DNA from: Gemmatimonadaceae bacterium
Lineage (GTDB): Bacteria; Gemmatimonadota; Gemmatimonadetes; Gemmatimonadales; Gemmatimonadaceae
Assembly: GCA_051859245.1 (NCBI GenBank)
Contig: JBHYGA010000004.1
Coordinates: forward strand, 704,001 to 768,000
Reading direction: 5' to 3'
Length of the DNA: 64,000 nucleotides
This document shows positions 26,526-36,442 of this stretch, in pieces; the first letter of the stretch is position 1, and each line of letters starts with the position of its first letter. A model generated the notes under the pieces. It was not told the DNA's origin. It saw nothing but the letters and a program-made list of their open reading frames with translations, and made no database searches. Position numbers and translations under genes: made by a program.

Positions 26526-28660
26526 GGGTTTGGCCGACCAGCCACGGCGCGGCGCTGCCGCTCGAAGCGAGCCGCGTCCAATGCGCGTAGTGCCGGCGAC
26601 GCACTGCGCGAAACGGACGCGGGCAGTTCGCTTCGCAGCAACGCCGTCAGGGCGACGGTGGCCGAATCCAGCGAGGACGCACGACGCGCCGATTGCACGC
26701 CTTCGCTCGCTTCCGCAGCCGTCGTCAGATGCATGGAGATTCGTTGCATCGCCGCAGCGGATGGATCGATTCGCAACACGTCCTGGGCAAGTTGTGTAAG
26801 GTTCGCTGCATCACTCCGTGCCGCGTCGCGCGGTACCGTCTTGGCAGCAAGCCCCGACACATCGGCCAGTAAACGACGCAGTGCCACCGTGCGCGGATTC
26901 AGCTCCGCCGCAACAACAGCGCGTCGATCTGAACGCGCTTCGGACAGATCGCCAGACAGTCGACGCGAGAGGTCCAGCGCCTCACGTTCGGCCAGTGCGC
27001 GCAGAATGATGCGAGAGCGGGAGAACGCGAGTTCTAGTTGCGCAACAGCGGATTTCTCAGCTGCAAGTGCCGTGGTGAGTTCCGCCACATTGAGCAACGT
27101 GGACGCGCGACTCATGGAACGAATCGCACGCATCAGCGCTACCCGTCCCTGATTCTCCAACCGGCCGGCCAGAATATCTTCTTCCGCTTCAGCCTCGGCT
27201 TCTTCGCCGAGATCATCGAGATCGCCACCGGTGTGTGCGTGTTCGTCGCCCAGCTCACCACCCATCATGAACACGAACTCCGCTCGCACTTTGCGTTGTT
27301 CGGCGGCCAGCTCCATCGACGCCTTGAGTACTGAATCAGCCGGCATTTTCGATGCTTGCGCAATCAGTCGTTCTGTTTTCAGCACGACCATCGCCTGACT
27401 GACGGCGTAGCGTTCCTGATCCGGATCGATCGCGAATCCCGCTGCGGCGTCTCCGCCTATCGCAAACAGCTCGGCAATGAACGCGTCGGACTCCTGTGGT
27501 GCCGATCCCGGGCGACGGTCCGTCGCGATGGCGCGATACACAACCATGTCTCCCGGCTCAAGCTTGAGCGTATCAAGCGTCCAACGGGCTGTGGCGCGCC
27601 ACGTACGGGTCGATGTGCGGGTGACGGCCAGCGGCACGTCGGCCTCGGCAAACGAGAATCGCTCGCCGGAACCGGATACCTTGGTGAAACGCAGCCTGAG
27701 TGACGCGAGCGCGAGATCATCTTCCGACTCAACGGCAATGCTGAGCGTGCTGTTCGGGTCGCGCAGCAGTGTATCGCGTCCGGGGGTCACAATGCGAACG
27801 CGCGGCGGGAGATCGGGCGTGATCGACACACCAATCATGCGTTGTGCGCCCGGTTCGCTGCCGTTGATCAGTGGGGTAAGCGCCAGATAGTCATCGGCGT
27901 TTGCACTCAGCGACACCACAAATCGGTCATCGCCTGCGGCTGCGATGCGTTGTACTCCACCGAGGGTAGACACCACGAGTGAATCGGCGCGCGCCCGTAT
28001 ATCAAACTGCATACGACTTCCTGCCAACACCTCAACGCGAGATGTGTCGCGCACCGTTTGGCGACTGCCACCAGCGTACGTTGGCGCGGTGATCGTGATC
28101 TCAACGTCGTCAATGCGCGCCACATTCGGACTGATCGTACGGCGCGCCAACGCAACAGCGGTGCGTACCGGTGCCGAATCGCGCACGGTGAGTGTCGCCG
28201 AAGCCACCGTTGCCGCCGCAAGCAGTGCCAGTACGCTGCGCGCCGGGAAGATCGCGCTCAGATCGAGCGACTGCACCAACTGCGACGCTCGATGCAGCAC
28301 CAGATCGTTGACCCGCGGTGATGCCAGAACTGTCGCATTTGCGTGTTGCGAATGCAGCAGCTCATCTGCGGTGATCAGCACATTACGACACTCCGTGGCG
28401 CGCGCTTCAACGAGCGGCGCAACACGATCCTGTCGCACGCGTACAAACACCAGACGCAGCAGCGCACCGATCAACGCACATCCAACCGCGATCATCAGAT
28501 GCTGCAATGTTGCACCGCGAGCCGGAACGCCGGCAAGTGCGAGTAGCGCCGCCGCACCCAGCCCGGCGGCCGCACCTTCGGCCATTGCAAGCCAGGAAAC
28601 TCTGGCTTTCGCGCGCCCAAGAAACGCGCGCACCGCGTTGGCGTTGTCCATGCTGCTCAT
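26522..28660 (-). CDS. DUF4175-like membrane protein (TM, Ig-like domains, coiled coil)
   Basis: N-terminal TM helices; APTY, PDLPPRVRI, EDDLAL, LEPGDMVVYRAIATD; acidic helical C-terminus. ATGA-coupled to its neighbours. Confidence 0.65.
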   Translation of the reverse strand: MSSMDNANAVRAFLGRAKARVSWLAMAEGAAAGLGAAALLALAGVPARGATLQHLMIAVGCALIGALLRLVFVRVRQDRVAPLVEARATECRNVLITADELLHSQHANATVLASPRVNDLVLHRASQLVQSLDLSAIFPARSVLALLAAATVASATLTVRDSAPVRTAVALARRTISPNVARIDDVEITITAPTYAGGSRQTVRDTSRVEVLAGSRMQFDIRARADSLVVSTLGGVQRIAAAGDDRFVVSLSANADDYLALTPLINGSEPGAQRMIGVSITPDLPPRVRIVTPGRDTLLRDPNSTLSIAVESEDDLALASLRLRFTKVSGSGERFSFAEADVPLAVTRTSTRTWRATARWTLDTLKLEPGDMVVYRAIATDRRPGSAPQESDAFIAELFAIGGDAAAGFAIDPDQERYAVSQAMVVLKTERLIAQASKMPADSVLKASMELAAEQRKVRAEFVFMMGGELGDEHAHTGGDLDDLGEEAEAEAEEDILAGRLENQGRVALMRAIRSMSRASTLLNVAELTTALAAEKSAVAQLELAFSRSRIILRALAEREALDLSRRLSGDLSEARSDRRAVVAAELNPRTVALRRLLADVSGLAAKTVPRDAARSDAANLTQLAQDVLRIDPSAAAMQRISMHLTTAAEASEGVQSARRASSLDSATVALTALLRSELPASVSRSASPALRALDAARFERQRRAVAGRPNP

Positions 28661-30177
28661 GTTCGCAACGCCGCCGACACCACGGTGTCGCCTGATTGAG
28701 GGGCCGATGGATCAGCCGAGCGGGCCGACTCCTGCTGCATGCGACGACGCACTACGGTTTCAACTGCAAACAGCATCAGTACCACCAGCCAGAGCCAGCG
28801 TGCATCCGAAGGTCCTTCGAGTGGCGACGTGCGGCGTGTGGGTGCAGCACTGAGGTTGGCTGACGGCTCACGTTGCCAGCGTGCAAGTGCACTATCGGAG
28901 ACTGCACGTGTCTCGAATTCTGCAATGTCAGGCAACATTGTGTTCAGCGTGGCATCGAGCGCCTGTTGCGCCGCGGTGAGCAGCGCGGTTGTGGTTGGGT
29001 GCTCGAGTGCCATTTCCGAAAAGAAAAACAGGCGCTCGCTTTGACTGTTTGAAATTGCAGCGGCTGAGACGATCACGCGTCCGCTGTCATTTCGAATAAC
29101 CGGAATACGCGATGCGTTCGTGTCTTCTGAGCCGGCTCCTGAGCCCGCGCTGAAATCCTTCGGGGCAGCATCTGCGGCAACCTCGGCCAGCAGCATGTTG
29201 GCGCTTACCTGTGCGACGACGTCCATCATCCACGGCGCTTTCACGTTGTGCACACTATCCATCAGCGACGATCGCGAAACGTAGCCCGCCGCGACAACGG
29301 TCACCTCAGGGCGCGCCGCACCCAGTTGCGCCTGGGTACTCAAGATTTCAGCGCTGTCGATGAGTTGTGTACGAAGATCTAACGTGGTCAGTTGCACTTC
29401 GTTGGCCAAGGCACTGTCACTATCACTGGCGAGCAACGAAACACGCGTCGCACCGGCCACGCTGCTGTCGGCGGCTCGTAGCGCCGTGCGTTGCCATGTT
29501 GCCTGCGTACGATGTTGTGCGCTATCCCCTTCCAGCGTGGCCCGCACGCGCACGTCACCGTTGGCCGAGCGAAGCGTGACAGCTGAAGGCGCCGCGGTCT
29601 CTATGGTGCCAATGCGCAGCACACGCACACCCATATCCGCCGGAATCGCAGTCCAGACGACATCACTCATTGTGCCGCGTTGAAAATCCGAAACCACCAC
29701 CAGCTCCTGTCGCTGCTCCTGCAGTCGCAGCCATTCCGTGGCGCCAGCGAGTGCCAGTTCGGGCTGCACGGTTTCAAGCAGCAAACCCACATCGGCCTCG
29801 TTCAACAGCTGTGTTGCGATGGCGCGCGCCGAGTCGGCGGACCAACCGCTACGCGTTGCGGCACGCTGGGCGCTGCGACTTGTGTCGAGCACAATGACGC
29901 GCGCCAATGAGCGACCATACGCCGTGCGCCGCGCACTCGTCTGCCACCATGGCTGCGCCAACGCCGCCACCGCTACGAGCACGATCAGCGCACGAACGAG
30001 CAGCAGCCACGGATCGTGCAGCGTGGTGCGGCGTGTGGGCAACAATCGCGTGGTTTGCAGGAAGCGCAACGTTGGAAACGGCAGTCGTCGGGCGCGCCCC
30101 AGGCCGAGCAAGTGAATCAGCACCGGTAGCGCAATCGCCACGAGTCCAAGCCACGCCATCGGTTGCAGCCAGCTCAC
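28657..30177 (-). CDS. BatA N-terminal domain plus vWA-like protein
   Basis: WLQP..LGL..IALPVLIHL..FPTLRFL..LLLVR..LAQP (BatA double-TM); VLDTSRS MIDAS-like motif; C-terminal TM. Confidence 0.85.
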   Translation of the reverse strand: MSWLQPMAWLGLVAIALPVLIHLLGLGRARRLPFPTLRFLQTTRLLPTRRTTLHDPWLLLVRALIVLVAVAALAQPWWQTSARRTAYGRSLARVIVLDTSRSAQRAATRSGWSADSARAIATQLLNEADVGLLLETVQPELALAGATEWLRLQEQRQELVVVSDFQRGTMSDVVWTAIPADMGVRVLRIGTIETAAPSAVTLRSANGDVRVRATLEGDSAQHRTQATWQRTALRAADSSVAGATRVSLLASDSDSALANEVQLTTLDLRTQLIDSAEILSTQAQLGAARPEVTVVAAGYVSRSSLMDSVHNVKAPWMMDVVAQVSANMLLAEVAADAAPKDFSAGSGAGSEDTNASRIPVIRNDSGRVIVSAAAISNSQSERLFFFSEMALEHPTTTALLTAAQQALDATLNTMLPDIAEFETRAVSDSALARWQREPSANLSAAPTRRTSPLEGPSDARWLWLVVLMLFAVETVVRRRMQQESARSADPSAPQSGDTVVSAALRT

Positions 30178-31088
30178 GCGGACCTCGGACCGCGTGAGTG
30201 CGTGGTCACCTCACGACGGCTGCGCCGCAACAGATAGTCGCGCAGCGCCTGCTCCGGCGGTGTGTTCGTGGTGATCAGCGCGTAGTCCAATCCGTCGCGC
30301 AATGCATGCAATCGGGAGCGCTCCAGAAACGCCTGCATGGCACGCCCGTATGATTCGGCAATTGCGCCGGCATCCAGAATCTGTCGTGCGCCAGTTTCGA
30401 GATCGTCGAGTTCGATCTGACCGACAAAGGGCAGTTGCTGTTCTTCCGCGGAGATCAGTTGCAGCATGGCCACATCGTGTCCACGCTGCACAACGCGTCG
30501 GAGCTCGCGCCGTGTTTCGTCTTCGGCGTCGTAGAAATCCGAGATGGCAATCACCACGCCGCGGCGCTGCAAGAGCTGTGCGCCACGCGCAATCGTGCGC
30601 GGTGCGTCCCACGTGCCACCGGCAGGCAGCGTGTCAAGGCGCGCGAGCAGTGCACGCAGATGCTGCCGCCCTCCCCGTGCAGGCACGTAGGCGAGCTTGT
30701 CGCCATGCATGCTCATCAATCCAACGGCGTGCCCTTGTTCGCTTACGAGATACGCAAGCGCGGCGGCAATAATCGTGGCGTAGCGAGATTTGGAGAGGCC
30801 CGTGAGCGGGTACGCCATGGACGCGCTCGTATCAAGCACCAGCATCACCGACAGATTCGTTGTTTCCCGAAACTGTCGTGTGTACAGCCGGTCGCTGCGT
30901 GCAAACAGCTTCCAGTCGAGATACTTGAGATCATCACCGGCGCGGTACGGGCGATGCTGGCGGAACTCGGTGCTGTAGCCGTGAAACGGACTGCGATGTC
31001 CGCCGGTGCGCAGCCCTTCCACCACAATGCGCGCAGCCAATTCGAGGTCGTCGATGGCGGCGACAACTTCGGGCGACAGTGCAGACAT
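30174..31088 (-). CDS. DUF58 domain (vWA-like) protein
   Basis: GGHRSPFHGYSTEFRQHRPYRAGDDLKYLDWK, LDTSASM, ISDF. Confidence 0.93.
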   Translation of the reverse strand: MSALSPEVVAAIDDLELAARIVVEGLRTGGHRSPFHGYSTEFRQHRPYRAGDDLKYLDWKLFARSDRLYTRQFRETTNLSVMLVLDTSASMAYPLTGLSKSRYATIIAAALAYLVSEQGHAVGLMSMHGDKLAYVPARGGRQHLRALLARLDTLPAGGTWDAPRTIARGAQLLQRRGVVIAISDFYDAEDETRRELRRVVQRGHDVAMLQLISAEEQQLPFVGQIELDDLETGARQILDAGAIAESYGRAMQAFLERSRLHALRDGLDYALITTNTPPEQALRDYLLRRSRREVTTHSRGPRSA

Positions 31089-31115
31089 GATCAGATCCCT
31101 GCAACGCGCATGGCG

Positions 31116-32129
31116 TCAGGGCCTCACGGCATCCAGCAGCTTGCCAATCACATCGTCAGGTGACACGCCGTCAGCTTCGGCCTGAAAGTTCACCAACAGT
31201 CTGTGACGCAGTACCGGATATGCCACGCGCGTGATGTCGTCGGGTGCTGGCACCGAGCGACCATCGAGCAATGCGCTGGCTTTCGCGCCGAGCAGCAACG
31301 CCTGTCCGGCGCGTGGTCCGACGCCCCATCGTACCCACTCGCGCACCGTCGCCGGAGATGATGCGTCGTTCGGTCTCGTGGCGCGAATCAGACGAAGCGC
31401 GTAGTCCACCACATTCGACGCGGCCGGGAGTTCGCGAACGAGCGCGCGGACCGACTCCAGTTCGGCTCCGGTCGCCACATGCGACGCACTGCGATCAACA
31501 CCGGTGGTCGTTTCGGCCAGAATGCGTCGTTCGTCGTTGGCGTCGGGGTAGTCGATCACCACATTGAACATGAAGCGATCAAGCTGCGCTTCCGGCAGTG
31601 GATAGGTGCCTTCCTGTTCGATCGGATTTTCCGTTGCGAGCACAAACAACGGTCGCTCCAGTGGATACCGCACGCCGCCCACCGTGACCTGGTACTCCTG
31701 CATCGCTTCCAGCAGCGCGGCCTGTGTGCGCGGCGGTGTGCGATTGATCTCGTCGGCCAGAATGATGTTCGCGAACACGGGCCCCGGAATGAAGCGCACA
31801 TGTCGCTTGCCGCCGGTGGCGTCGTCTTCAATGACCTCGGTGCCCAGAATATCAGACGGCATAAGGTCGGGCGTGAACTGAATACGACTGAACTTGAGCT
31901 GGACTGCGTCGGCGAGCGTTTTGATCAGCAAGGTCTTGGCGAGGCCTGGCACACCACGCAACAAACAGTGCCCGCCCGCGATGAGGCACAGGAGCACCTC
32001 GCGGCGCACCTGCGTCTGACCCACGATCACGCGACCGATTTCGGCATCAAGCCGGGAAACGAGCGATCCGGCGGCTTCAAAAGCCGCCACCGTGCTCGAC
32101 GTTGTATTGGGCGAGGTAGCAGATGTCAC
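31116..32129 (-). CDS. moxR: MoxR-family AAA+ ATPase
   Basis: GVPGLAKT, RIQFTPDLMPSD, LADEINRTPPRTQAALLEAMQE, NPIEQEGTYPLPEAQLDRF. Start uncertain (GTG 32129; ORF track extends to 32177). Confidence 0.95.
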   Translation of the reverse strand: MTSATSPNTTSSTVAAFEAAGSLVSRLDAEIGRVIVGQTQVRREVLLCLIAGGHCLLRGVPGLAKTLLIKTLADAVQLKFSRIQFTPDLMPSDILGTEVIEDDATGGKRHVRFIPGPVFANIILADEINRTPPRTQAALLEAMQEYQVTVGGVRYPLERPLFVLATENPIEQEGTYPLPEAQLDRFMFNVVIDYPDANDERRILAETTTGVDRSASHVATGAELESVRALVRELPAASNVVDYALRLIRATRPNDASSPATVREWVRWGVGPRAGQALLLGAKASALLDGRSVPAPDDITRVAYPVLRHRLLVNFQAEADGVSPDDVIGKLLDAVRP

Positions 32130-32255
32130 GGAAGGGAATGCTGAAGCGGAATGCGGTACCCAATGGGCTCCGCACAATAACCAGCCAACAAAGGAGAGAT
32201 ACGCGGGCGACGGCGAAATCGCTGGCCAGCGCCCGCTGCGGAATGCGACGACCGG

Positions 32256-33737
32256 TTACGGCTGAATTCGCACGCGCCGACGCATCAGCGCCTCGATTTC
32301 ATGCATTTCGCGCGGCACGAGACTCAGTCGCTCAAGTCCCTTGTCCGTGATGATGTAGTCGTCTTCGATGCGCACGCCGGTATTCTGATATTTGAGCACG
32401 GTATTGCGCACAGCCGCGATAAAGGCACGGTTTTTTGGCGTGTCAGGCAGTGCGTCGAGCGCTTTGGTGCTCACGTAGATGCCAGGCTCAATGGTGAAGG
32501 CGTCGCCCACCTTGAATGTGCCGTCACCTGGCGTGCCCTGCATGGGATCGTGCACCGCGAGCCCGATCCCGTGCGTGATGCCGTGAATCATCCACAGGTT
32601 TGACTGCTTGCAGGCGGCCGGGTTGGCCGTACAGTTCACGCTCCATGGCGGGTCAAACGTGGCGTCTTCACTTTGCGTTAATCCAAGGGCAAAGAGCCCG
32701 CGTGAGCGCACGGCGACGGATGAATCGGCGGCGGCACGAATGCTCATGCCTGGCTGCGAGAGTTTCTCCGCGGCGTCCTGCGCATCGCGAACCAGTTGAT
32801 ACAGCTGTCGCTGTTCCGGTGTGTACGTCCCGGTCACGGGAATCGTGCGCGTGATGTCCGCGGCGTACCCGCGATACTCGGCGCCGGCATCCATGACAAC
32901 CAGATCACCCGGTTTGACCGGATCACTGTCGCGCATGTAATGCAATGTTGTGCCATTGGCACCAGACCCCACGATCGATCCGTAGGCCGGTCGTTCTGCA
33001 CCGCGGCGTGTAAACTCAAACTCGAGTGCCGCGCGCAACTCATACTCGTGCTCAGGATTGGCCGTGAGCATTGCGGCACGATGTCCTTCGGCACTGATCT
33101 CCACCGCTTTACGAATCAGCGCCAGCTCGGCGTCGCTTTTGCGCGCGCGCACTTGCAACACCAGGGGCATAGCATTGCGAATGGCCAGCGACGGATAGCG
33201 TGCACCGAGTGTCTTGATCGTTTCCTGTCCGCGCGTCAGTGTGTCGAGACGTGAAAAGTCGGTGGTCTCAACATCGGGAATGTGATAAAACGGCAGACCA
33301 GAGCGCGCGAGCGAATCGAGATCGCCCGCCAGCGCGCTGAACGCGCGGCCGCGCAAGCCGTATCGTGCTACAGAGTTGGTGGAATCCGCCCGCTGCCCGT
33401 AGTAGAACGCGGTGCGCGGATCGAGCGGCGTGAGATACAACGTGCTGCTGCCTTTCCGATTGCGCACCACCATCACAAAGGCGCCATCCGGCTCATCATA
33501 GTTGGTGAGATACCGGAACGACGGCAACTGATAGAACGTGCTGAAGTCGTGCACGAGCGTGCGTCCGCCAAACGCGAGCACCACGCCACTGTCAATGCGT
33601 GCTGCCAGCGAGTCGCGCCGCGCCGCGAACTCAGCGTTGCTGATGCCGCTGTTCTGGGGCTGCGCATTGGCGAGTGATGTCGAGCCTGCGGCAACGAGCG
33701 AGCTCAGCAAGGCAAGCGTAACTACACGACGCATCAT
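32256..33737 (-). CDS. pepP: Secreted Xaa-Pro aminopeptidase (M24B)
   Basis: Signal peptide ANA-Q; TLHY, DAGAEYRGYAADITRT, HGIGLAVHD, TIEPGIY, GVRIEDD. Confidence 0.9.
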   Translation of the reverse strand: MMRRVVTLALLSSLVAAGSTSLANAQPQNSGISNAEFAARRDSLAARIDSGVVLAFGGRTLVHDFSTFYQLPSFRYLTNYDEPDGAFVMVVRNRKGSSTLYLTPLDPRTAFYYGQRADSTNSVARYGLRGRAFSALAGDLDSLARSGLPFYHIPDVETTDFSRLDTLTRGQETIKTLGARYPSLAIRNAMPLVLQVRARKSDAELALIRKAVEISAEGHRAAMLTANPEHEYELRAALEFEFTRRGAERPAYGSIVGSGANGTTLHYMRDSDPVKPGDLVVMDAGAEYRGYAADITRTIPVTGTYTPEQRQLYQLVRDAQDAAEKLSQPGMSIRAAADSSVAVRSRGLFALGLTQSEDATFDPPWSVNCTANPAACKQSNLWMIHGITHGIGLAVHDPMQGTPGDGTFKVGDAFTIEPGIYVSTKALDALPDTPKNRAFIAAVRNTVLKYQNTGVRIEDDYIITDKGLERLSLVPREMHEIEALMRRRVRIQP

Positions 33738-33838
33738 GGCAGGTCCCGGGTGCGTGAAGGCGGACGTCACCGTGATCGGCCGCGAGTCGATTCTCTGAAC
33801 AATACGGCGACAGTGACGCCAGCGCGATCAGCGGCCAG

Positions 33839-34030
33839 CCGGTTCCGCCAGCCTACGGCCATGTGATCAAGTTCAACGAAGCGGGCAGGGTGCTCGTCGA
33901 TCTACAGGATCCCTCGGGCTCCTATCCGGAAACGACCGCGGTCACGGAGTATGGTGGTCTCCTCTTTGTTCAAAGTTTGCACGCCCCTTCGCTGGGTGTG
34001 CTTCACACACGCGCTGCGGGAGTTCCATAG
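33839..34030 (+). pseudogene. 3' remnant of a strictosidine-synthase/SMP-30 (APMAP-like) beta-propeller gene
   Basis: Manual translation PVPPAYGHVIKFNEAGRVLVDLQDPSGSYPETTAVTEYGGLLFVQSLHAPSLGVL...GVP*. There is an in-frame stop at 33773-33775 and no start codon before the homologous part. Confidence 0.7.
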
Positions 34031-34031
34031 C

Positions 34032-34592
34032 ATGCACACGATCACAAGGCTCATCACGTGGGCAACGGTTGCGTTCAGCGTGACGCTGTTCACTCCCTCG
34101 TCACTGCGCGCGCAGCGACCCGCGCCCGTGGTTCGTCTCCCAGCACACGTCAATCCTGTGCAGCTGGACACGCTGGTGCTTGCCTGGGAACGCACCGACG
34201 CGCCGCGAGGCGAAGTGTTCGCGGCGGTTCGTTCCGCGTTCGAAACACTGCGCATTCGACCGGACTACGTGGATTCGCTGGCCGGACACTTTGGCGTGTT
34301 GAAGCTGCGCGCTTCCACCAAACTGGGTGGCGAGCGACTGTCGCTGTTCTTCAACTGCGGTCGTGGTATGGCGGGAGACAACGCTGATCAATGGCGGCTC
34401 TCCATCGCGCTCGTCACCTTCTTGCGGCCGTCGGGCGTGAGCAACACCGAGTTTGGGAGCGGTCTGGCCGCTCAGGCGCAGGACATGAGTGGTGTGTCCA
34501 AGGATCAGGTCACCTGCGGGTCCACCGGCGAGCTCGAAACCCGGATTCTCAAGCTCACCAAAGAGAAGCTGGCCAGTAAACCGTTGTACTGA
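34032..34592 (+). CDS. Secreted hypothetical protein
   Basis: Signal peptide (SLRA-Q); two Cys (FNCG, TCGSTG); start 1 nt after the remnant's stop. Confidence 0.7.
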   Translation: MHTITRLITWATVAFSVTLFTPSSLRAQRPAPVVRLPAHVNPVQLDTLVLAWERTDAPRGEVFAAVRSAFETLRIRPDYVDSLAGHFGVLKLRASTKLGGERLSLFFNCGRGMAGDNADQWRLSIALVTFLRPSGVSNTEFGSGLAAQAQDMSGVSKDQVTCGSTGELETRILKLTKEKLASKPLY

Positions 34593-34632
34593 GCGATCAC
34601 TGACCAGCTCAACAACGGGCTGCGAGACGACG

Positions 34633-35229
34633 CTACGCGTCCCAGCTTTTCATGGCTTCATCCACCACCAGCAGCATTGTTTCGCGTGACGTACCCGCCT
34701 TGGCTTGCACGCTGAGTCCCGAAATCACGGTGTGAAAGTAGAGCGCCATCGCTGAGACATCCGCGCTTGCCCGCAGCTGACCATCACGCTGCGCGCGACG
34801 CAGACGCTCCTCAATCACGGCCGCCGCCTGGCGCATGGACGTGCACAGCGCGCTGCGTACCGCCGCGGGAACGGCCGCCGAGTCGCTCGTGGTGGCCGCC
34901 GTCACGATCAAGCATCCAAAGGGGTGTGAACGGTCCGTGTACAGCGCCACCGTGTCCCGCAAATACTGTCGCATGGCCGCCCGCCCATCGGGCTCGGACT
35001 CCAATTGCACAACGAGCCCCGCCGCGAACGCCGACAGATAGCGCTCCAACGCCGCCAGAAAAAGCGCCTCCTTGTTGCCGTAGGCGGCGTACAGGCTGGG
35101 CTTGGATACGCCGACGGCTGCCGCCAGCTCCTGTACAGACGCGCCTTCAAATCCGTCGCGCCAAAACACGGGCAACACCCGATCGAGCGCCATCTCCGGG
35201 TCGAATTCCCGGGGTCGTCCTCGGCCCAT
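34633..35229 (-). CDS. TetR/AcrR-family transcriptional regulator (NemR/ComR-like)
   Basis: GRGRPREFD, FWRDGFEGAS, GVSKPSLYAAYGNKEALF HTH; GCLI motif. Confidence 0.93.
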   Translation of the reverse strand: MGRGRPREFDPEMALDRVLPVFWRDGFEGASVQELAAAVGVSKPSLYAAYGNKEALFLAALERYLSAFAAGLVVQLESEPDGRAAMRQYLRDTVALYTDRSHPFGCLIVTAATTSDSAAVPAAVRSALCTSMRQAAAVIEERLRRAQRDGQLRASADVSAMALYFHTVISGLSVQAKAGTSRETMLLVVDEAMKSWDA

Positions 35230-35265
35230 CGCGTTCCTTGGAAAGAGTACTACTTGCGAATTGCC

Positions 35266-35296
35266 TACCGAACGGTAATATATCTACCATTCGGTA
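35266..35296. promoter_or_regulatory. Twin palindromic operators, probably bound by the adjacent TetR
   Basis: TACCGAACGGTA (35266-35277) and TACCATTCGGTA (35285-35296) lie in the AT-rich divergent intergenic region, overlapping TTGCGA/TTGCCT and TAATAT/TACCAT promoter-like hexamers. Confidence 0.75.
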
Positions 35297-35362
35297 CACA
35301 ATGTGTGGTTTTGCCGGTCAGGGCTGACTGCACCTCGTCCAATCTGTCTACGGAGTGTCGCA

Positions 35363-36442
35363 ATGCTGTTCGATCCCTACGTACTTGGCAAGCTTTCGTT
35401 GCGGAACCGCCTCGTGATGGCGCCGATGACCCGCAACCGCGCGTCCACCGACCACGTGCCCACGCCCTCCATGGCCGACTACTACGGTCAGCGCGCGGAT
35501 GTCGGCCTGATCATTACCGAAGGCACGTCGCCGTCGGCTGACGGACTTGGCTACGCGCGCATTCCCGGATTGTTCACCGCCGAGCATGTCGCCGCCTGGA
35601 AGCCCGTCACGCACGCCGTGCATCAGAAGGGCGGGCGGATCTTCGTGCAGCTCATGCATACTGGACGTGTGTCGGCAGCGGCAAACTTGCCGGCCGGAGC
35701 GAAAACGGTCGGCCCGATGGCCGAGGCGATGCCGGAATCGATCTACACCGACACGAACGGCATGGTACCCGCCGACGTCCCGCACGCGCTCAACGAGCAA
35801 GAAATTGCCGAGGTCGTCGCCCAGTACGCGCACAGCGCAAAACTCGCCATCGAGGCCGGATTCGACGGCGTGGAGCTGCACGGCGCCAACGGGTACCTGA
35901 TCGAACAGTTCTTGAACGCCAATGTGAACCGCCGCACTGACGGTTACGGCGGAAGCGCGAGCGCACGCAACCGATTTGCGCTGGAAGTCGCGAAGGCAAC
36001 AGTGCTCGCGATTGGTGCAGACCGCGTGGGCATTCGCATTTCGCCGTACGGAGCCTTCAATGCGACTGGCGCGTTTGATGGACTGGAAGCGCAATACCTG
36101 GAGCTGGTCCGAGAGCTGGGCGAGCTCAATCTTGCCTATCTGCATCTGGTGAACCACGCGTCAATGGGCGCGCCCGACATTCCCGGCAGCTTCATCGCCC
36201 AGTTGCGCAGCGCGTTCCCCGGCACGTTCATCGCCTCCGGTGGCATGGATCGCGCGCGCGCTGAAGCGCTCCTGGGATACGGCGCCACAGATCTCGTCGC
36301 ATTTGGTCGACCGGTGCTCGCCAATCCGGACTTTGCCGCGCGGCTCGCCAATGATCTGCCGCTTAATGCGCCCGACTTCTCAACCTTCTATACGCCGGGC
36401 GACGCGGGATATCTCGACTATCCCGCGCTTGCCACGACTTAA
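35363..36442 (+). CDS. nemA: Old-yellow-enzyme family alkene reductase (N-ethylmaleimide reductase-like)
   Basis: NRLVMAPMTRNRA, QLMHTGR, AGFDGVELHGANGYL, RTDGYGGS, TFYTPGDAGYLDYP; GGAG RBS. Confidence 0.92.
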   Translation: MLFDPYVLGKLSLRNRLVMAPMTRNRASTDHVPTPSMADYYGQRADVGLIITEGTSPSADGLGYARIPGLFTAEHVAAWKPVTHAVHQKGGRIFVQLMHTGRVSAAANLPAGAKTVGPMAEAMPESIYTDTNGMVPADVPHALNEQEIAEVVAQYAHSAKLAIEAGFDGVELHGANGYLIEQFLNANVNRRTDGYGGSASARNRFALEVAKATVLAIGADRVGIRISPYGAFNATGAFDGLEAQYLELVRELGELNLAYLHLVNHASMGAPDIPGSFIAQLRSAFPGTFIASGGMDRARAEALLGYGATDLVAFGRPVLANPDFAARLANDLPLNAPDFSTFYTPGDAGYLDYPALATT

